DNA of 63,533 bases, counting the filler, from Hausera hauseri (taxonomy: Eukaryota): assembly GCA_046269625.1 (NCBI GenBank). It is 11 parts of 11 records of this genome, joined end to end, with 100 filler letters (N's around TTAATTAATTAA, not from the genome) between each part and the next. Parts side by side here need not be neighbours in the genome. Positions count along the whole stretch, not along the records: positions 34,220 to 40,615 come from JBJURY010104876.1; positions 40,716 to 45,982 come from JBJURY010295057.1; positions 46,083 to 50,367 come from JBJURY010657108.1; 8 more parts are not named here. One strand, given 5' to 3'. Below are positions 34,120 to 49,000 of this stretch, piece by piece. The position numbers were made by a program, and so were the translations under genes. Position 1 is the first letter of the stretch, and every line of letters starts with the position of its first letter. The notes below the pieces were generated by a model. That model was not told the origin of the DNA, did no database searches, and saw nothing but the letters and a program-made list of their open reading frames with translations.

Positions 34120-35172
34120 NNNNNNNNNNNNNNNNNNNNNNNNNNNNNNNNNNNNNNNNNNNNTTAATTAATTAANNNNNNNNNNNNNNNNNNNNNNNNN
34201 NNNNNNNNNNNNNNNNNNNCACCACCATCAAAGTAACCAACCAATGTCTAGAATGTAAATGTGCTGTAATGGAAATTGTACACATTTATTACGAATGACT
34301 TCTTTAGTAACGGAACATGGGCTTCAATCATGTGGAGGTAATTTGAATCATTGTGATCTGAGAAAATACTTACAAAGTAAATGTCTATTGTTTACAATGA
34401 AAACAAACCGGTATGAACAAATTTGATATAAATATGGTTGAAATTTCATTTCACGTTTGTCATATTTAAATATGTCTTTGGAAATAACTCAGCAGGTGAC
34501 AGTTCCACGAGTCTCTCAAAAAAGCCAAGGTACAGCGACTATTCGCTCAGAAATTCCCAATTGTATAATGGATACAACTTACATTATCTGCGCAACGCTA
34601 TGCAATTGCCATTGACGCAAACGGTTAAATCAAACCGGTGAAATATGGTCTATTGGTGAAAACCATCAACGACGATGATTTGGATACGATGGAAGACACA
34701 ATTAGAAAAGTTGACATTGATTTGGTGTTGAGTAACGATATCTGAGATACATCGTCGATTTTTCTCAAGGAAATATGGCGAAAATTATCAGTTCACATGG
34801 CGGAGAAACAGCAGCAAAAGCAGTTTTGCTACCAGAAGGAACTAAAGGTCATCTAACATTGAAGTTGAAAGGATACAAGGATCTGAACGGCGTTAAATCA
34901 CCAATATGGAAGCTGTGAAAGTTTACTCTGATTTTACTTTGTTTTTGATTCTTGCTTATGATTAATAAATTTTATTGATTTTCTTTTTATATTGTTTCTT
35001 GTCAAATTAGGTTAAATATATAAATGTATATAGATAAATTAAATGATAATAAAGCAAAATGAAAAACAACGAACAATATACATTTATACAAAACAAACAG
35101 ATCACAATGAATTGTCACAGTATTTTGATCTGTCTGTATCATCAGCACCGAATTCATGTGTTTTATTCCAAG

Positions 35173-36625
35173 TCATTGTCCGTACGCCAAACTTTTATTC
35201 CGCCCCACCCACTTACGCTTATCATCATTGCATGATAAAGCGACTTTTGTATTGGTCACCGTATACAACTGGTGCTCAATCGATCGGATGATCGTTTGTG
35301 ACACAACATCTCTTGTTTGTTAACCTTCTTCATAGACACGGCGATAATCACCGTGTTTTGTTTTTGTCTGGACCAACTGAGCTCCTTTGGCACGCATTTT
35401 AGGTCGACAGTCAGTTAAAAGACTAACATTTTGGCCTTAGAAATACCCATTCCCGATACTGCACCCGACTTTCACTATCACTCTTGAAGCAGCCGATTTT
35501 GTTTGTGATGGCATTGCTGTACAATGGATGATTCTGTGGATAATTGGACGTGTCCAGTAATTTGTCTACTATCATTTGCTGCAGTAGTTATTCTCCATTG
35601 ACGTTTTCCAGTTCCAAGAAAAAACTATCTGTCACCGGGAATTATATTGATCCTGCCGCCGCCGCCGAACATTTGCCGGTAACGTGCCAAATCGCGATAC
35701 TGGAGTTCACACATTCGCAACTTGCTCAGGTCCAATACCATCTGTAAAATGTAACTTGGCCGGTCCAGAACGACTTCTCTTGTTAAAAGTACGGCAACCA
35801 ATCCATCGGCAATGGGCACTGACCACCGAAACTGCGTTTTAACCGTGTACGTGACCAACCGCTTTTTGCTATTGCATAGGTGTACATTGAGCTGCTTTTC
35901 AAATTCTCCACTGTTTTTGCGTACAGGAAATTGTTTCTCAGCTTGTAGTAGTCCTTTTCGAACTTTGTACAAGCTGCAGCTCGTTTCTCCGAATTTCCAT
36001 CTATGAACGCCTTGAATATAGGAGCCTGAACAAATCGGATTGCACGATGCAGCCGTGTGACGCGAACACCGAACTTTATATAGAACTGTAGCAGACGCCA
36101 ATGGATCACGTAATTCAGCTTCGGTTCATGCGTCATGAGCAGTTTCTTTACTTTTGAGCCTGGCGGACATTGGTTAAATGGCGCGACCGGTAAATCGTCC
36201 AAAACGTTATGCAGCTCATCTGGTACTACGAAATCGACCTCCATCAGGTATCCGACTGAGTCTGCCATCTGCTCGTGGTATGTTGACCATTATGTCGTCC
36301 AGATCTTGTTTGTCGACAACCCATTCGAATGAACCGTACGACAAGGGTTGCAAAAGCGCCCAGCCGTACAGGTTATTAATATCAATATACAGCAGTGATG
36401 TGGTATCGGTAGCATGGACCTGATGCTTGTTCACAAATGGCATGCCGCTGCGTATACCAACACCAAACAGCCGGTACATTTCTGGATCTTGCAGCAGCTC
36501 AATGTCTCGATCTAGTAACATTAGAGCTGACGCCAAACTCATTTCCGGTATGAAATAAAAGTTGAGTGGCTCCATCGTATCTTCAGCCAACGCTTTCGCC
36601 CGAAACGCCTGGACACATCAACGCC
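35173..36625 (-). pseudogene. Polinton protein-primed DNA polymerase B, C-terminal half
   Basis: GIRSG, LLYIDINNLYGWA, GYLMEVD, YYKLRNNFLYAKT, DRPSYI...LDLSKLRMCE, TDSFF, IRSIEHQLYTV..KVALS..DDKR...SLAYG. Confidence 0.92.
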
Positions 36626-36629
36626 TCGA

Positions 36630-37399
36630 ACTCAACTCCTTACAGTGAGTCCGAATATGCAGGTGTCCGAAACTTGGTTAGTCCAAAATTATTTCTGACT
36701 CAACTCGTTGTGGTGAGTCCGGATATGCTCGTGGTAATTTGTGCGATCGGTTTTAAGCGTCGTCGTCGTCGTCGTCATCGTACAAAATAAAATTCACGAA
36801 TTTTCTACAAAAAACAAACGCATTTACAACGATGACTTTTTAACAATGCGTTTTTTGATTGCATTTTTCACCCGGATCCATTGGTCTGATCGTGAGGCGG
36901 TTATAATATGAAATTTTCCCCAACTTATGGGCAATGTATAAGACAGATTTCCATCAGCGGCAGACTTGAACATGAGAAAATTTTACCCCACGGAAATTTC
37001 CCCAACCGGTTTTTCTCATGTTCCTTTGGTCGATGGACGACGAAACCGTGCCCATTCGATTTGCCAACATCAATTTTACCTCTGTACAAAATTTCTGTAT
37101 ACCAGCAACATGTGCTGCGTTGCTGGTTGCACATTATCCGTTTTTCTTCTTCCGCCTCCTGTGCCACCGGGTTACATTTTCCGGCTTCGCGGCGCTGTTA
37201 ACTTTTGTTCACCTTGTCCGGCTCGACCGATTGCTCTCGCTTCAAAGTCCATTGCTCGACCTTCTTTCCGTTGGAGGGGGGAGTCCCCGACCTCGAGACA
37301 TGAAATGCTCAAAATTGCGAGATATGTGGGGAAAACTAGGTCCGAGGTCGATTTGAGTACTTTTGGAAAAGTGGGGTGGAGCCCACACTTCCTCCTACT
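36630..37399 (-). mobile_element. Probable Polinton terminal/subterminal region
   Basis: Short repeats at 36630-36725 are shared with 41265-41520; GC-richer non-coding DNA ends at a candidate 5'-AGTAGGAGG terminus at 37399, followed by AT-rich flank. Confidence 0.45.
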
Positions 37400-39539
37400 T
37401 GTATATTCGTATTATTAATTAACTTTACTTCAATTATTAGTGTACTAGTCGAATAATAATACTCCGTTATCAAACGCAATTATTTGAATAATCAATTACC
37501 AACTGCATACATTAACAAACAAAAGGCATGCAATCGATTATTGTTCAACGTAATTGCTCACATATATACATATATCATTAGAAATATGAGCAGCTGAACA
37601 AATCATTGTGTCATAAAAACTGTCCTAAAAATCATGTCGACATTGCTAATAAGTCTGTCATAAAGTTCATATTTAAACATCGGTGTTCACAAAATAAGTT
37701 GAAAAAACTGTTATTCGGATTCTGGCATCTGCGGGAAATTCAAATTCACATCTTCAATTCCTCACCCTCCTGACATTTTACTAAAGTCGAATTTCCAGTT
37801 TGTCATTCATGTTATGCCAAAGTACAATACATTCGTCTAATTATCGGTTACATCACTAATATTTCTTCCTTCTATATAAATATTAACTTTAGGGTGTTGA
37901 AAAGGAGACATTATGTAACATTTTGAAGGCAACATGCAAAAATATCTATCATATTGTTGATCAGCACAAAAATGGGGTTAATTGGACATCGAAAACTATA
38001 TAATATACTCAGTGAAATGATTTTCATCAGAAAATGTTTAAAAAAAGAATAAAATGCATTCTAGTCTAATGTATTCAATTTACTCTGCATACTACATCAA
38101 AACTAGAACATGTACATAAAAATTTGTATCCATAGCTATGCAGACATTTTGTACATAAAAATTCATTAATGCATAAAAATCGATGTTGACACTGAGAAAG
38201 GAATATAAAATTACATACAAAACGATATTTCGTTAAAATTTATTCGTAAAAATTTTGTTCGATTTTGCCAAAAATAATTACCGAATTGCAGTAATTAACT
38301 CGGTAGGTCAATCGTAATTTATGTAAAGAATTTATTAGTTACATGACTAATGACATTGCATTCATCATTGAAGCTGTATAAATATTTACTTATGCTTTCA
38401 TTATCATATCAGTATATTTATATAGTTTGTTAGTAATAGACGCATTTTCATAGACCATTATAAAAATTGATTAGAATTGATTATAATATCGCCATATCAA
38501 CTTTGAAATATTTTGGTATTGCCTCCTGTAATCAGTCTCAAAGTAGTTGGAAACCCATTTTGCAATTATAAGCATCAGTTCTTTAGGGTTATATGCCAAT
38601 CTAACTATGTAAACCTTCAACACATGACATTGACAAAGTAGCGTTAATGAACGTGCGATATAAAGTATCGACTGATGTCTCACCAAGAGCACCTCCATTG
38701 GTGACTTCTTACCATTACCTTCTTCATTAAAATAAGCTTGTGGCAATGAAACCGATGACGAAATGGCCTGAAACTAAAATTTGGAGCATTTATGCAATTC
38801 CCAGTTTCCCAATGAAGCAACTAACAAATATTCCTTGTTTCTATCAAGGACAATCAAAAAGACAAGTCGAGCCTGCATGTGATAATCACTGAACTGCTAT
38901 TGTTTCACTTCAACAATCTCCAAATAGTGGATATAGTAAAATTTGATACCTTTGTTCATAACGCGAAGTATATTGTCCGCAAGTCCAATGTTATCAATTA
39001 AGCATCGTCTCTATATAAACCTTTCTACCCTAGGAGCGTTTGGCTTATGAAAATTATAATTTCACATGGAGATTACGTCATACATCAGATCATAATAGTT
39101 CTACAACTCGTAGGCATCGGAGTATATTTTGTGAGTTTCCAGTTATTATAAAACAAGTCGAATTCTTATCCGATTTCGTATAGTTGTCAACAAATAATCT
39201 GTGTTAATAGTGAAAATTATGTTATGATGAACTGATATATCCAAGTGGTAAATAATATGATAGTTTTGTTACAAAATTGATCGTGGAATATTCCAACATT
39301 ATATCTTTCAATTAAAGAAATCGAACCAACCAATCAGTTTGTTCAACTGTGACTAACATAATATAATAAAATTCTATCAAAAATTTATCGGATGTACCAT
39401 TCATTATAAAACAAAAAAATCTTAAATAAAACCAGATAAAAACCGCACATTAAAATTTAGAAAAGTGGAATTCGACTTAATAATTACATTTTTATAAGAA
39501 TTAAATCGGAGATTGGCACTTCAAAATAGAACCTTTTAA

Positions 39540-40270
39540 TCGTAGCCTTCCAGACTAAAAAAGGTGTCTCTCAATACCATACGACGATCCCTTTACCGGT
39601 CAGGCTTTACTGCAAGGTCGCTTGAAGTGGTGCCGTGAACGGTGGAGGAGTGTGATTTTTACAGATGAGTGTCGTGTTGGATTGCATAATGATGATAGAA
39701 CAATGGTCTGGCGACGAAATGCTGAAAGGTGCAATCCCAACTGCACTACAAAATTCACTACTGATCGACAATCTATTATGTTTTGAGGTGGACTTACATA
39801 TAATGGTGGCTTAAAACTTTACGTTGTACGCAAAAAAATAAATACCAAAGATTATATTAATGTTCTGCATGCTTCTGCCATCTCGTTTATCTCTGACTAC
39901 AACCTCCTACTAATAGATGACAATGCTCCCATTCACCGTCCCAATATCATAAATCAGTGAAAAAATGATAACAATGTTCAGTAGATTGCATGGCCGCCTT
40001 ACTCTCACGATATTAATATTACTGAAAACATTTGGGGTTTCGTAAAGTTACGCTTAAAAGATTTAACTCCAGAGCCGAATACATTGGATGAGGTGGCATT
40101 AAGTTTGGACAATTTCTGGGACTCACTGCCCCTTCACTTTGTTCATCATTAACACGTGACTTAGTTGTGTCTGCCTTTTGATATAAAATATGTATGTATA
40201 TTCAGCTTTGTTTTATTTTGTATAATAATTAAATCATTTTAATCATGGTCCAAAACTTATGGGCATGAGG
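39540..40270 (+). mobile_element. Tc1-like (DD34E) transposon relic, not in the ORF track
   Basis: Manual translation: WRSVIFTDEC...VWRR...SIMF*GG...LIDDNAPIH...WPPYSHDINITENIWG; right TIR-like ATGGTCCAAAACTTATGGGCATGAGG|TA ending at 40270. Confidence 0.88.
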
Positions 40271-41264
40271 TATATATTCGTAGATCTTGCAACACACTTG
40301 ATATATAAATATATATCATTGTATAGAAACGAAAACCACTATATACTCAAAAAAGTATTCAAAAATTGTAATTCGATTATGTTCTGTATGATACAACAAG
40401 ATGTCATAGTATGACTTTCATATGCAATTTGGTATCATCAAATATTCAAATTTTTATTTCTATGGTTAGATTATTTTCGGTATGACATGTTAGTAGATGG
40501 ATAGTAGCGAATTGCGTCTAAAGAATTTAGTAGATTGATAAGAGCGCATGGCACCAGACCCCCGGAAAGAAAAAGCAAACTGCGCAGTGATTGCTTGATG
40601 AGACATGGGTGGGAANNNNNNNNNNNNNNNNNNNNNNNNNNNNNNNNNNNNNNNNNNNNTTAATTAATTAANNNNNNNNNNNNNNNNNNNNNNNNNNNNN
40701 NNNNNNNNNNNNNNNTTTATTTTAATTTGTTTAAATAATGGATAAATAAACACTTTAAAAACTCTGGACTTATTTCAATTATGATGGAAAACGAAACAGA
40801 TGAACTCAAGGATTTCGATCCTCCGATTTTGCCGTGCAGTCTTCTTTACTGCTACTACTACTTACAAGGAGGTGGTGACCGTCTGCCTACAAATTAATAA
40901 TGAATAACATCACCAAATGTATAACAGAGATATTGTGAAACTCACATTAATGAAAAGGTCGCATTATTTCTCATCATTTGTTCGCTTTTTAGTGTAAAGT
41001 TCATTCCCGAAATACTGGACATTCGAATTCGAGCCTGTTGTTTTTTGGAAGCACTATTTTTAAAATCAACAGTGTGTCATTTATTTATGACCATTACACA
41101 CACTAACATAAAATACCAGGGCACTTAGTCTATCGTTATTTCGAAAATTTGTGACAACCGAAGATGGATCAACCAGCGAATGTCTGTTTTAATATTGTAA
41201 TAATTTTTTATATTATATTAATTTTAATATTTTATTAGTTTTTCTTTTCATTAATTTTTATTAA

Positions 41265-44200
41265 TGACCCAGTTTCAGACACCTGAATATTCGGACTCAC
41301 TGCAAGGAGTTGAGTTGGAAAATATTTTGGACTGACCCAGTTTTGGACACCTGCATATTCGGACTCACCGCAATGAGTTGAGTCGGGAAAATGTTTGAAC
41401 TTATCCAGTTTCGGACACTCGCATTTCCACATCTATCTCACTACAACCAACATTTGAAAAAAAAATTTACTTGACCCAGTTTCGGACAATTACATTTCCC
41501 CACCTATCTGACTATAAGGATCATTTTAATTTTTCGGTAACCTAGTATTTGGTTGGACCACATCTGTCTGGCTATAACAATCAGGTACACTGCAAAGTCT
41601 AGTCTGAATCGAACATTTATTTCCCTTTGCTTTGTATAACAACAACAACAACAATTAAATCGTTTTTAATGAATGCTATGAGTACACAAATCACATGGAT
41701 TAACCAATTCCGTAGGAGAATGAACGAGTTCATCGGAATTAGTTATATTGAAATGTTGCTTAAAGCAACATTGGAACGTAATCCGCCATTGTTTAGTCGC
41801 TTTGGACAAAATCAGCCAAACTGCATTTAACGTGGACCCTTGGCACAGTGCATAGGTATCCGCCAATTTCTGATATGTGCGAAAAATCTGACCGATTATC
41901 ATATCCATTTCACCAACAACCTGCTTCATATGTCGTAGATAAGGTTCCCGTGCCCTCCAATTCTCCTCAGCACGCCAGAGTATCTTTTCGGGAGAACAGT
42001 ATCGTGCATCATGTAATAGTCAATCAAGATGGTAAAGGTGACTCCGGAGACCGTCGAAGGAGTGATACAAACGAATGAGTTCTGATAAATGGACATGTCG
42101 TAATGTCATGCCGTAACGAAGCACAAACATTTATACTGAAATGTAACAACAATAGCAAAGACACGAGAAATAAATTATATTGATTTATGAAAACAAACGC
42201 AACAAAATATGTACAAATGTATGATTAAATACGGTCAATCAACTTTTTCATTACAATACAAAGCGAAGCAGGAAAAACAAGTCCAATGAGGAAATTAATC
42301 CGTCGTTGTTGTTGCCGTTTTCGTCTCATTTCATCTTTGATATGTTGTATGAATAGAGATCTGACAATTAATTCAATATATTCCCGTCGATTAATTATTC
42401 TGGTTTCTGCGGGCTCACAAAAACTGAACATCAAACACGTTTAGTCAAAATGTCGTCGGTCAATTTCTTAATCACGCTTTCAGTGTACTGTTTCATGTGA
42501 TTTTTAGTTGTTGTAGCGTTTAGAATAATTGTTCATAAGGGAGTAAGGAGACTTTTATCTCAAGACCGACAAATAAGTTTTCATATTTCAATTTATGGCA
42601 TTTATAACTTAATATAAAACATTTTATTTTGTTTTCCATTCAGAAATGTACTAATTATCCCATGTATTCTGTCTCGCGCATACATGCGGAGCAGGAGCAG
42701 TGCCATCAGCAGGTGGCTAAATATTACACCGTTGGCACGGACTCATTTGTGTCCAACGTGCGGTAGTATTTCGGCCCCTTGTCCATACCCCGACTTTTAT
42801 GCGATGCGCAAGCATTATCTTGACCCGTTTGCGCGTGCAAAGATGGTTGTGCATTGCCCCACATACCCGCGATACTGTAGTAGTAAAGTGCATGACGTTG
42901 ATGGTTGCCAGTGTAATGGAGCAGTAGTATGACGCCACAACGGTGCACGATAAACGGGCCTACATTTGACCCGGTTATTCGATAGTTAATGAAATCAATT
43001 ATGAACAATTTTATAACCAGCACAAGGACCACTTGAACTAGTTTCTGCGATCCAAAAAGGAGTGTGATGGCGGCAAGAAAACCCAGTATCCTCTCAAGCA
43101 GGAAACGTCAGGCCTCAACAAGTTTTGACGAATACATCCGAAACAGTACCGAACATCATCAGATGCAACAGCAGGAACCTTCTATTACTGTCAAGTACGA
43201 TCTAAACACATCGTACGTGGACATGAAAGTAAACATGTCGAGGATAACAACATTACAGCTGGAATATGTGCCGTCCGGTGTGCGCAGCCGGTTGGAGTTA
43301 GAGGTGGAGAAATTCAAACGCAACAACTGCAAAGTGCAATATTAATCAGTTACAGAATTTGAAAACGTTGAAGGTGCAAGAAACAATGGTACCTGTCACA
43401 TCGAGCCGTACCGTATTTGGAAGATTTTATTGCCGATGTAGGCGAAAAGTTGTATGCGAAAATCGCCAAGTATACCGAAAAGGGCAGTGGATAGCGAATT
43501 ATACGAATTGCCACACTCGACTTTATCATAACAAAGTCGAATGACGTGGTACATTTGTCTAGACGGTCATTCATACCGACACCTGCATCTCTAAAGCACA
43601 TGTCTCTCTTGCGGTAGTGAATGTACAAAATACTGACGACGAATACTATTTTCTGTACAGTATTCTGGCTGTATTGAAGTACAGCGAAGTTAACAGATAT
43701 CGTGCAAATTGTCCAAATCAGTATCGGTAGTATTTTTCCGAATTGCAATTTGATGAATGCTGGATGCGGATGAAACTGAAAACCATTCCGGCTTTTGAAC
43801 GGCGTAATCCGACGCTGTCAATCAACGTTTTGCAGTACAACACAATTGAAATACCGGAAGACGAAGAAATTGAGATGAACCCCCATGTGGACATAATTTA
43901 TCGCGTCGAAACCCGAATGGACGCTTGGTAAATTTGTTGCTGTTGGAGCAGGCCGAAAAATTTCATTACGTGGCAGTGACAAATCTGAAGACTGTTGAAC
44001 ATGGAACATGACCAGTTCATCAAAAAGCGAATACGTGCAAATGGTGCCCTGTATGTCTGGATGGAATCAGGTCAAAAACAACACGGGAGAAACATGTGCT
44101 GCTGTGCAATCAGAATTCAAGGGGAACAACCATGTACGTCATGCCACTCAAAAAGGAGCTCATATTCAGTGATGGGTCGAAAACGGACAGTCCGGCATGT

Positions 44201-45982
44201 GGTATATGCCAATATTGAGGCAATTCTACCACTGCACAACGCGTATTATCAAAAACACGTTCCAATCGCCGTTGGTATGTTGGTTGTCTCAATAAAAGCG
44301 GTCGGTCAGCCGCAATATTACGCCTTTCACGGCTGGAACTGTGTACGTGATTTCTTGCATCAGTTGGAAACAATAGTAGAAACGGAAATTGCGCCGTGGT
44401 ACAGTAGAAATAGCAATAAACCCTTGATGTGGATAGATGAATATGAACGCCTGACGTTTGCAGTCACAGAAGAATGTTATCTGTGCCACAAAATATTACC
44501 GTTTGACGCACTGGAATGGCTCATACCGGATCACGATCATTTTACTGCTCGATGTCTTGGAGCAGCATATAATTCATGCAATTTGGCAATGCGTGTGCGG
44601 CCAGTCCTACCGGTGATCTTTCATAATTTTTGAGGTTATGATTGTCATCATATATTGAAATGGGCCATTAATGGATTTTCCCACTGGGAACTGTCAGTAA
44701 TTTCAACAAGGGAGAAATACCTGTCCTTGTCAGCACACAAACCGGTTCCAGGTACGCTTTCTTGACTCATTGCAATTTCTCAATGAATCTCTAGGAAAGC
44801 TCGTAAATGCCTTGCCCGATGTGCCGATAACATTGACGCAATTTCATGCACATTGCGCGTAGCAAATGCATATTTCCGTATGACTTTGCAACATCATATG
44901 AGAGACTCCGAACAGCAGAGGAATTACCGCACGATGGACAGGTATCGCAGAGGATGAATACCGAAAAACAGAGGTGTTGGATATAACTCGGTTGTAGAAA
45001 CATGTTGGAGTACATGTACTTATTGGAGGACGTGTAAATATTAGCCGATGTGTTTCAGACATTTTGAGCTAAAGCGTTGGCTGAAGGTTGGCTGGAGCCA
45101 CTCCACTTTTATTCCATACCAGGAATGAGTTGGACGTCAGCTCTAATGTCGCTGGATCGAGATATTGAGCTGCTGCAAGGCCCGGAAATGTACCAGCTGT
45201 TTGATGTTGGTATTCGCGGCGGCATGACATTTGTCAACAAGCATCAGATCAGTGCTACCGATACCGCATCACTACCGCATATTGATATTAATAACCTGTA
45301 CGACTAGGCGCTTTCGCAACCCTTGCCGTACGGTTCATTCGAATGGATAATCGACAGACAAGATCTGGACGACATAATATTCAACCTACCACAAGCAGAC
45401 ATTGCAGGCTCAGTCGGATATATGATGGAGGTCGATCTCGAGGTACCAGATGAGCTGCATGACGTTTTGGACGATTTGACGGTTACACCATTAAATCAAT
45501 ATCTACCAGGCTCAAAAGTGAAGAAACTGTTCATGACGCATTAACCTTAGCTGAATTACGTGGTCCATTGGCGTCTGCTACATTTCTACATGCAGCTCGG
45601 TGTTCGCATTGCACAGCTGCATCATGCAATCTGATTCGGTCAGGCTGCCATATTCAAGGCGTACATAGATGGAAATTCGGAGAAACGAGCTCCAACTTGT
45701 ACAACGTTTGAAAATGACTATTATAAGCTGAAAAGCAATTCCCTGTACGGAAAAATAGTGTAGAATCTGAAAAGGCGGCTCATTATACGCCTATGCAACA
45801 GCGAAAAGCGGTTGGTTACGTATACCAGCAAAGCACCGTTTCTGCGGTCAATGCACATTGCCGATGGATTGGTTGCGATGATGTTAAACAGAGAAGTTCT
45901 AGACCGGCCAAGTTACATCGGACAAGTGGTATTGGATCTGAGCAAGTTGCGGATGTATGAGCTACAGTATCGCGATTTGGCA
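41265..45982 (+). mobile_element. Polinton fragment: subterminal repeats, small ORFs and PolB
   Basis: Repeats GACCCAGTTTCGGACACC/ATATTCGGACTCAC at 41265-41520, several short ORFs, then a long decayed PolB running to the contig end. Confidence 0.85.
43064..45982 (+). pseudogene. Polinton protein-primed DNA polymerase B
   Basis: YTEKGSG..., SFIPTP, VNVQNTDD..FLYSILA; VYANIE (ExoI); DHDHFTARCLGAAYNSCNL; VIFHNF*GYDCH (ExoII); FLDSLQFL; GIRGG; IDINNLY; KLKSNSLYGK; DRPSYIG. Confidence 0.92.
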
Positions 45983-46082
45983 NNNNNNNNNNNNNNNNNN
46001 NNNNNNNNNNNNNNNNNNNNNNNNNNTTAATTAATTAANNNNNNNNNNNNNNNNNNNNNNNNNNNNNNNNNNNNNNNNNNNN

Positions 46083-49000
46083 ATGGACGACGAGGAATTT
46101 GAATGTACTACCCATACCACCGTCGGAGATATAAGACTGCGGTTAATGGATAAGCATGGTAGGAAAGGAATTAACTACCGACTCTATTTTAGAGGCAGGA
46201 TATTAGATGTGCCGGAATCCTTGCCAGATGTAGGGATCATACCCCTCGAAGAAAATCGAATAATAGCAGTAATCGTCAGTAAACAAACCAAAGATGAAGC
46301 CATGAGAAAGGCACATACAGAGCATTGCGTTGGAAGGATTATGGGGATTCAGGATGCCGCAATGTACTTCGAATACTTACAGATTAATGGTGACAAACCG
46401 CAATACGATAAAAATTTAGTCCCTCTAAGCGAAACCTAACCACCAATGAAAGCGAAACGACAGGTCGGAAGACCAAGAAAAGTAAAAGAAATTGACTATA
46501 ATGCGGACTTAATTAGGGAATTGAGACAACCATCGTTACCAACCCCAAGTTCAGATAACGAAAAACTAATTGATCTAATGAGAGACCTAATTAGGATAGT
46601 CAATTAGGCCTCCAAAACGACATATTATCCGAGAATGAAAGGCTAATATATAATATAGCCCGGACAATGAAGACTTCACAATTTAAATGATCTAAAAGCA
46701 CCCTCCCTAACGAAGCAGTAATTGATAGAATTATGATAGGCAATATGATAGAAGAATTAAGGAAAGTCTTTATATATTTAGTAGTAAGAACTAACCCACT
46801 CCGGGAAAACGAATTTGACAAGACAATTGGGTTAGCTTAGAAAGCTGCAAGAAGGGTACCTAAAGAAATAAAATGGACTAAATTGTTCGAAAAAGAGGAA
46901 GATACAAAAGGGATTAATAAGTTAGAAGACATGATACGCAATATCTCCTCGAACAAAGTAAACAAATCCAATTGCTTAATAAACTTACTAACGATAATGA
47001 TGCTAGTAAAGGAGATAAGAACAGTCACTATATATGACTGCGATAAATTCAAGGTGGGTCAAAAATATTCCTCGATAGACTTAGAAACATGTGAAGATGC
47101 GAGACCTCGCAAGCTTGAAACAGTAGAAAAAAATTATATACTATATCAACAACGTGAATTAATTGCAATAGATGCAACGGAATGAATGATACGAAGATTC
47201 CGCAGAATATTTCAATGTGGTAATATGCGCGGACACTCTTCAATAATCAAGCCAACCACACCATTAATCTTAATGAACGTGGGTAGACAACACTGTTTAG
47301 AATTCGGCTGACTGGAAAAATGGTTTGGAATGGCATGGAGTTAGAAGCCCAAGAAGGAAAGGTAATTAGAGCCTATAAGGTGGCAGTTGGAAAACTAAAC
47401 ATGCATACCGGTTATTGAGTCGGAGCAGAGTATGACACCGGAAAGGGAAAGAAAGGAGGGATAGTAGTCGTAGATTTTTATAAAACCAAGTTAAGATCCC
47501 TAAAAGCGATGTTTCATAGTGTTACCAAACTATTCACAGAAAATCAAAAATGTCTTGGTACTTGCACGTTCCAAAGCTCAGTCGTTGTATGGAGTTCACC
47601 CTCCAAGAGAGATTTCAATTTTATCAAAATCAGAGTTAAAATTTAATGAGACAACTGGAAAACGTTATGCAAATAAATTGCATACTAATACGAGATCAAG
47701 AGAAGATGTAATAAAACATCCCACACCAACGATACTGATATCGGATGCACATGGGTTAAAGTTTATTAGAAAGGAAATGTTAACACGCTGTGATGTAGTT
47801 ATGTATGTCACAAATTACGAAGAATTTTTAGTAGCAGAAACGGAAATTAACATGAAAACGTATGATTTAAAAACGCAAGACATACGGATTGAGGATTACC
47901 TCAAAAATCGAGACGACTATTTCCATTACAAAAAACAAACAGGAATAGCAGAGCTATATCACAAACTGATAACAAATGACTGCAGATTAAATACTGAAGT
48001 CATGAGAACCAAATTGGCTTTAAATTACGCCAACCCAGAATTGGCATCACCAATTATACCAATGAAAGAAGGTGTCTTTGGACGAGTTACCGGAAAAGTA
48101 CTATTAACTTATGAATGTGAAAAAGGAGATGTGCCGATCAACGTGGAAGAAAAAAATGCATGCAAGAATTACCGGTTATCTTTGAAAGTATGCCGAGACT
48201 AGCGACGCCACTCACCAGGGTATTACTAACAAACTCAGCTAAACCAACCATACTCAAGGAATGCAAAACGAGTCTAGGTGAACCCATGTTCCGACGTAGC
48301 GAAACTGACTGGATAAGTTTACTAATGGAGGTGCAGCTCCAGCCACTAGTAAACTGACCGCGACTAATATAATCAAAGGATTATCAGAAAAGAAGTTCAA
48401 GTGCACGGCCAATAAAGGAATTTATAGGCCAAAAGACATAGAAGCTTTTAGGAAATTCTTAGCATTTACGCGATAAAGGACTTATGAACTGAATCGGGCT
48501 ATGTCAATGGTAATAAACGATACCCGCTTTCAAGCAAAATGGGAATCGTTACTTGGCGCAAATTACTATCAAAGGGTAACTTCAGAAATATTGTATAAGA
48601 TTTGGGGAAGGTTTCTGACTTTCGGACAAGCCGCCTCTGGATTTCTAACCATTTACTTTTTAGTCCAATTAATTAAAGCAGTAATCCAAACCGTCATAAA
48701 CGGATATGAAATATTCACATTGACAGGATTTTCCTGCAAAATTTTGACTGCAATTATCATCGCATTTGGAAAAATGCTCAAGGCCTACGAAGAAAATCGA
48801 TGGAAAAATGAAGCAAAACGCAACGGTGGGTACTATAATCGTAAACAACGAGGGAAACCCTCAATTTTGCATAGACGTAAAAACAAGAAACTAATAATAC
48901 GAAAAGATGATTCAGATGATGACGAGCCTAAGGGAGGAGAAGTGAATTCCCGCATAAAAATGCGCAAGATGTATTCAGTGATTAACGCGCCATTGCCCAT

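Noticed and set aside
34220-34918. Decayed ORF convergent with PolB, ending HLTLKLKGYKDLNGVKSPIWKL
   Set aside because: May be a Polinton accessory gene, but too fragmented to assign without a search.
37420-39530. AT-rich stretch with one short ORF (38471-38746)
   Set aside because: No motifs, repeats or splice pattern I can support.
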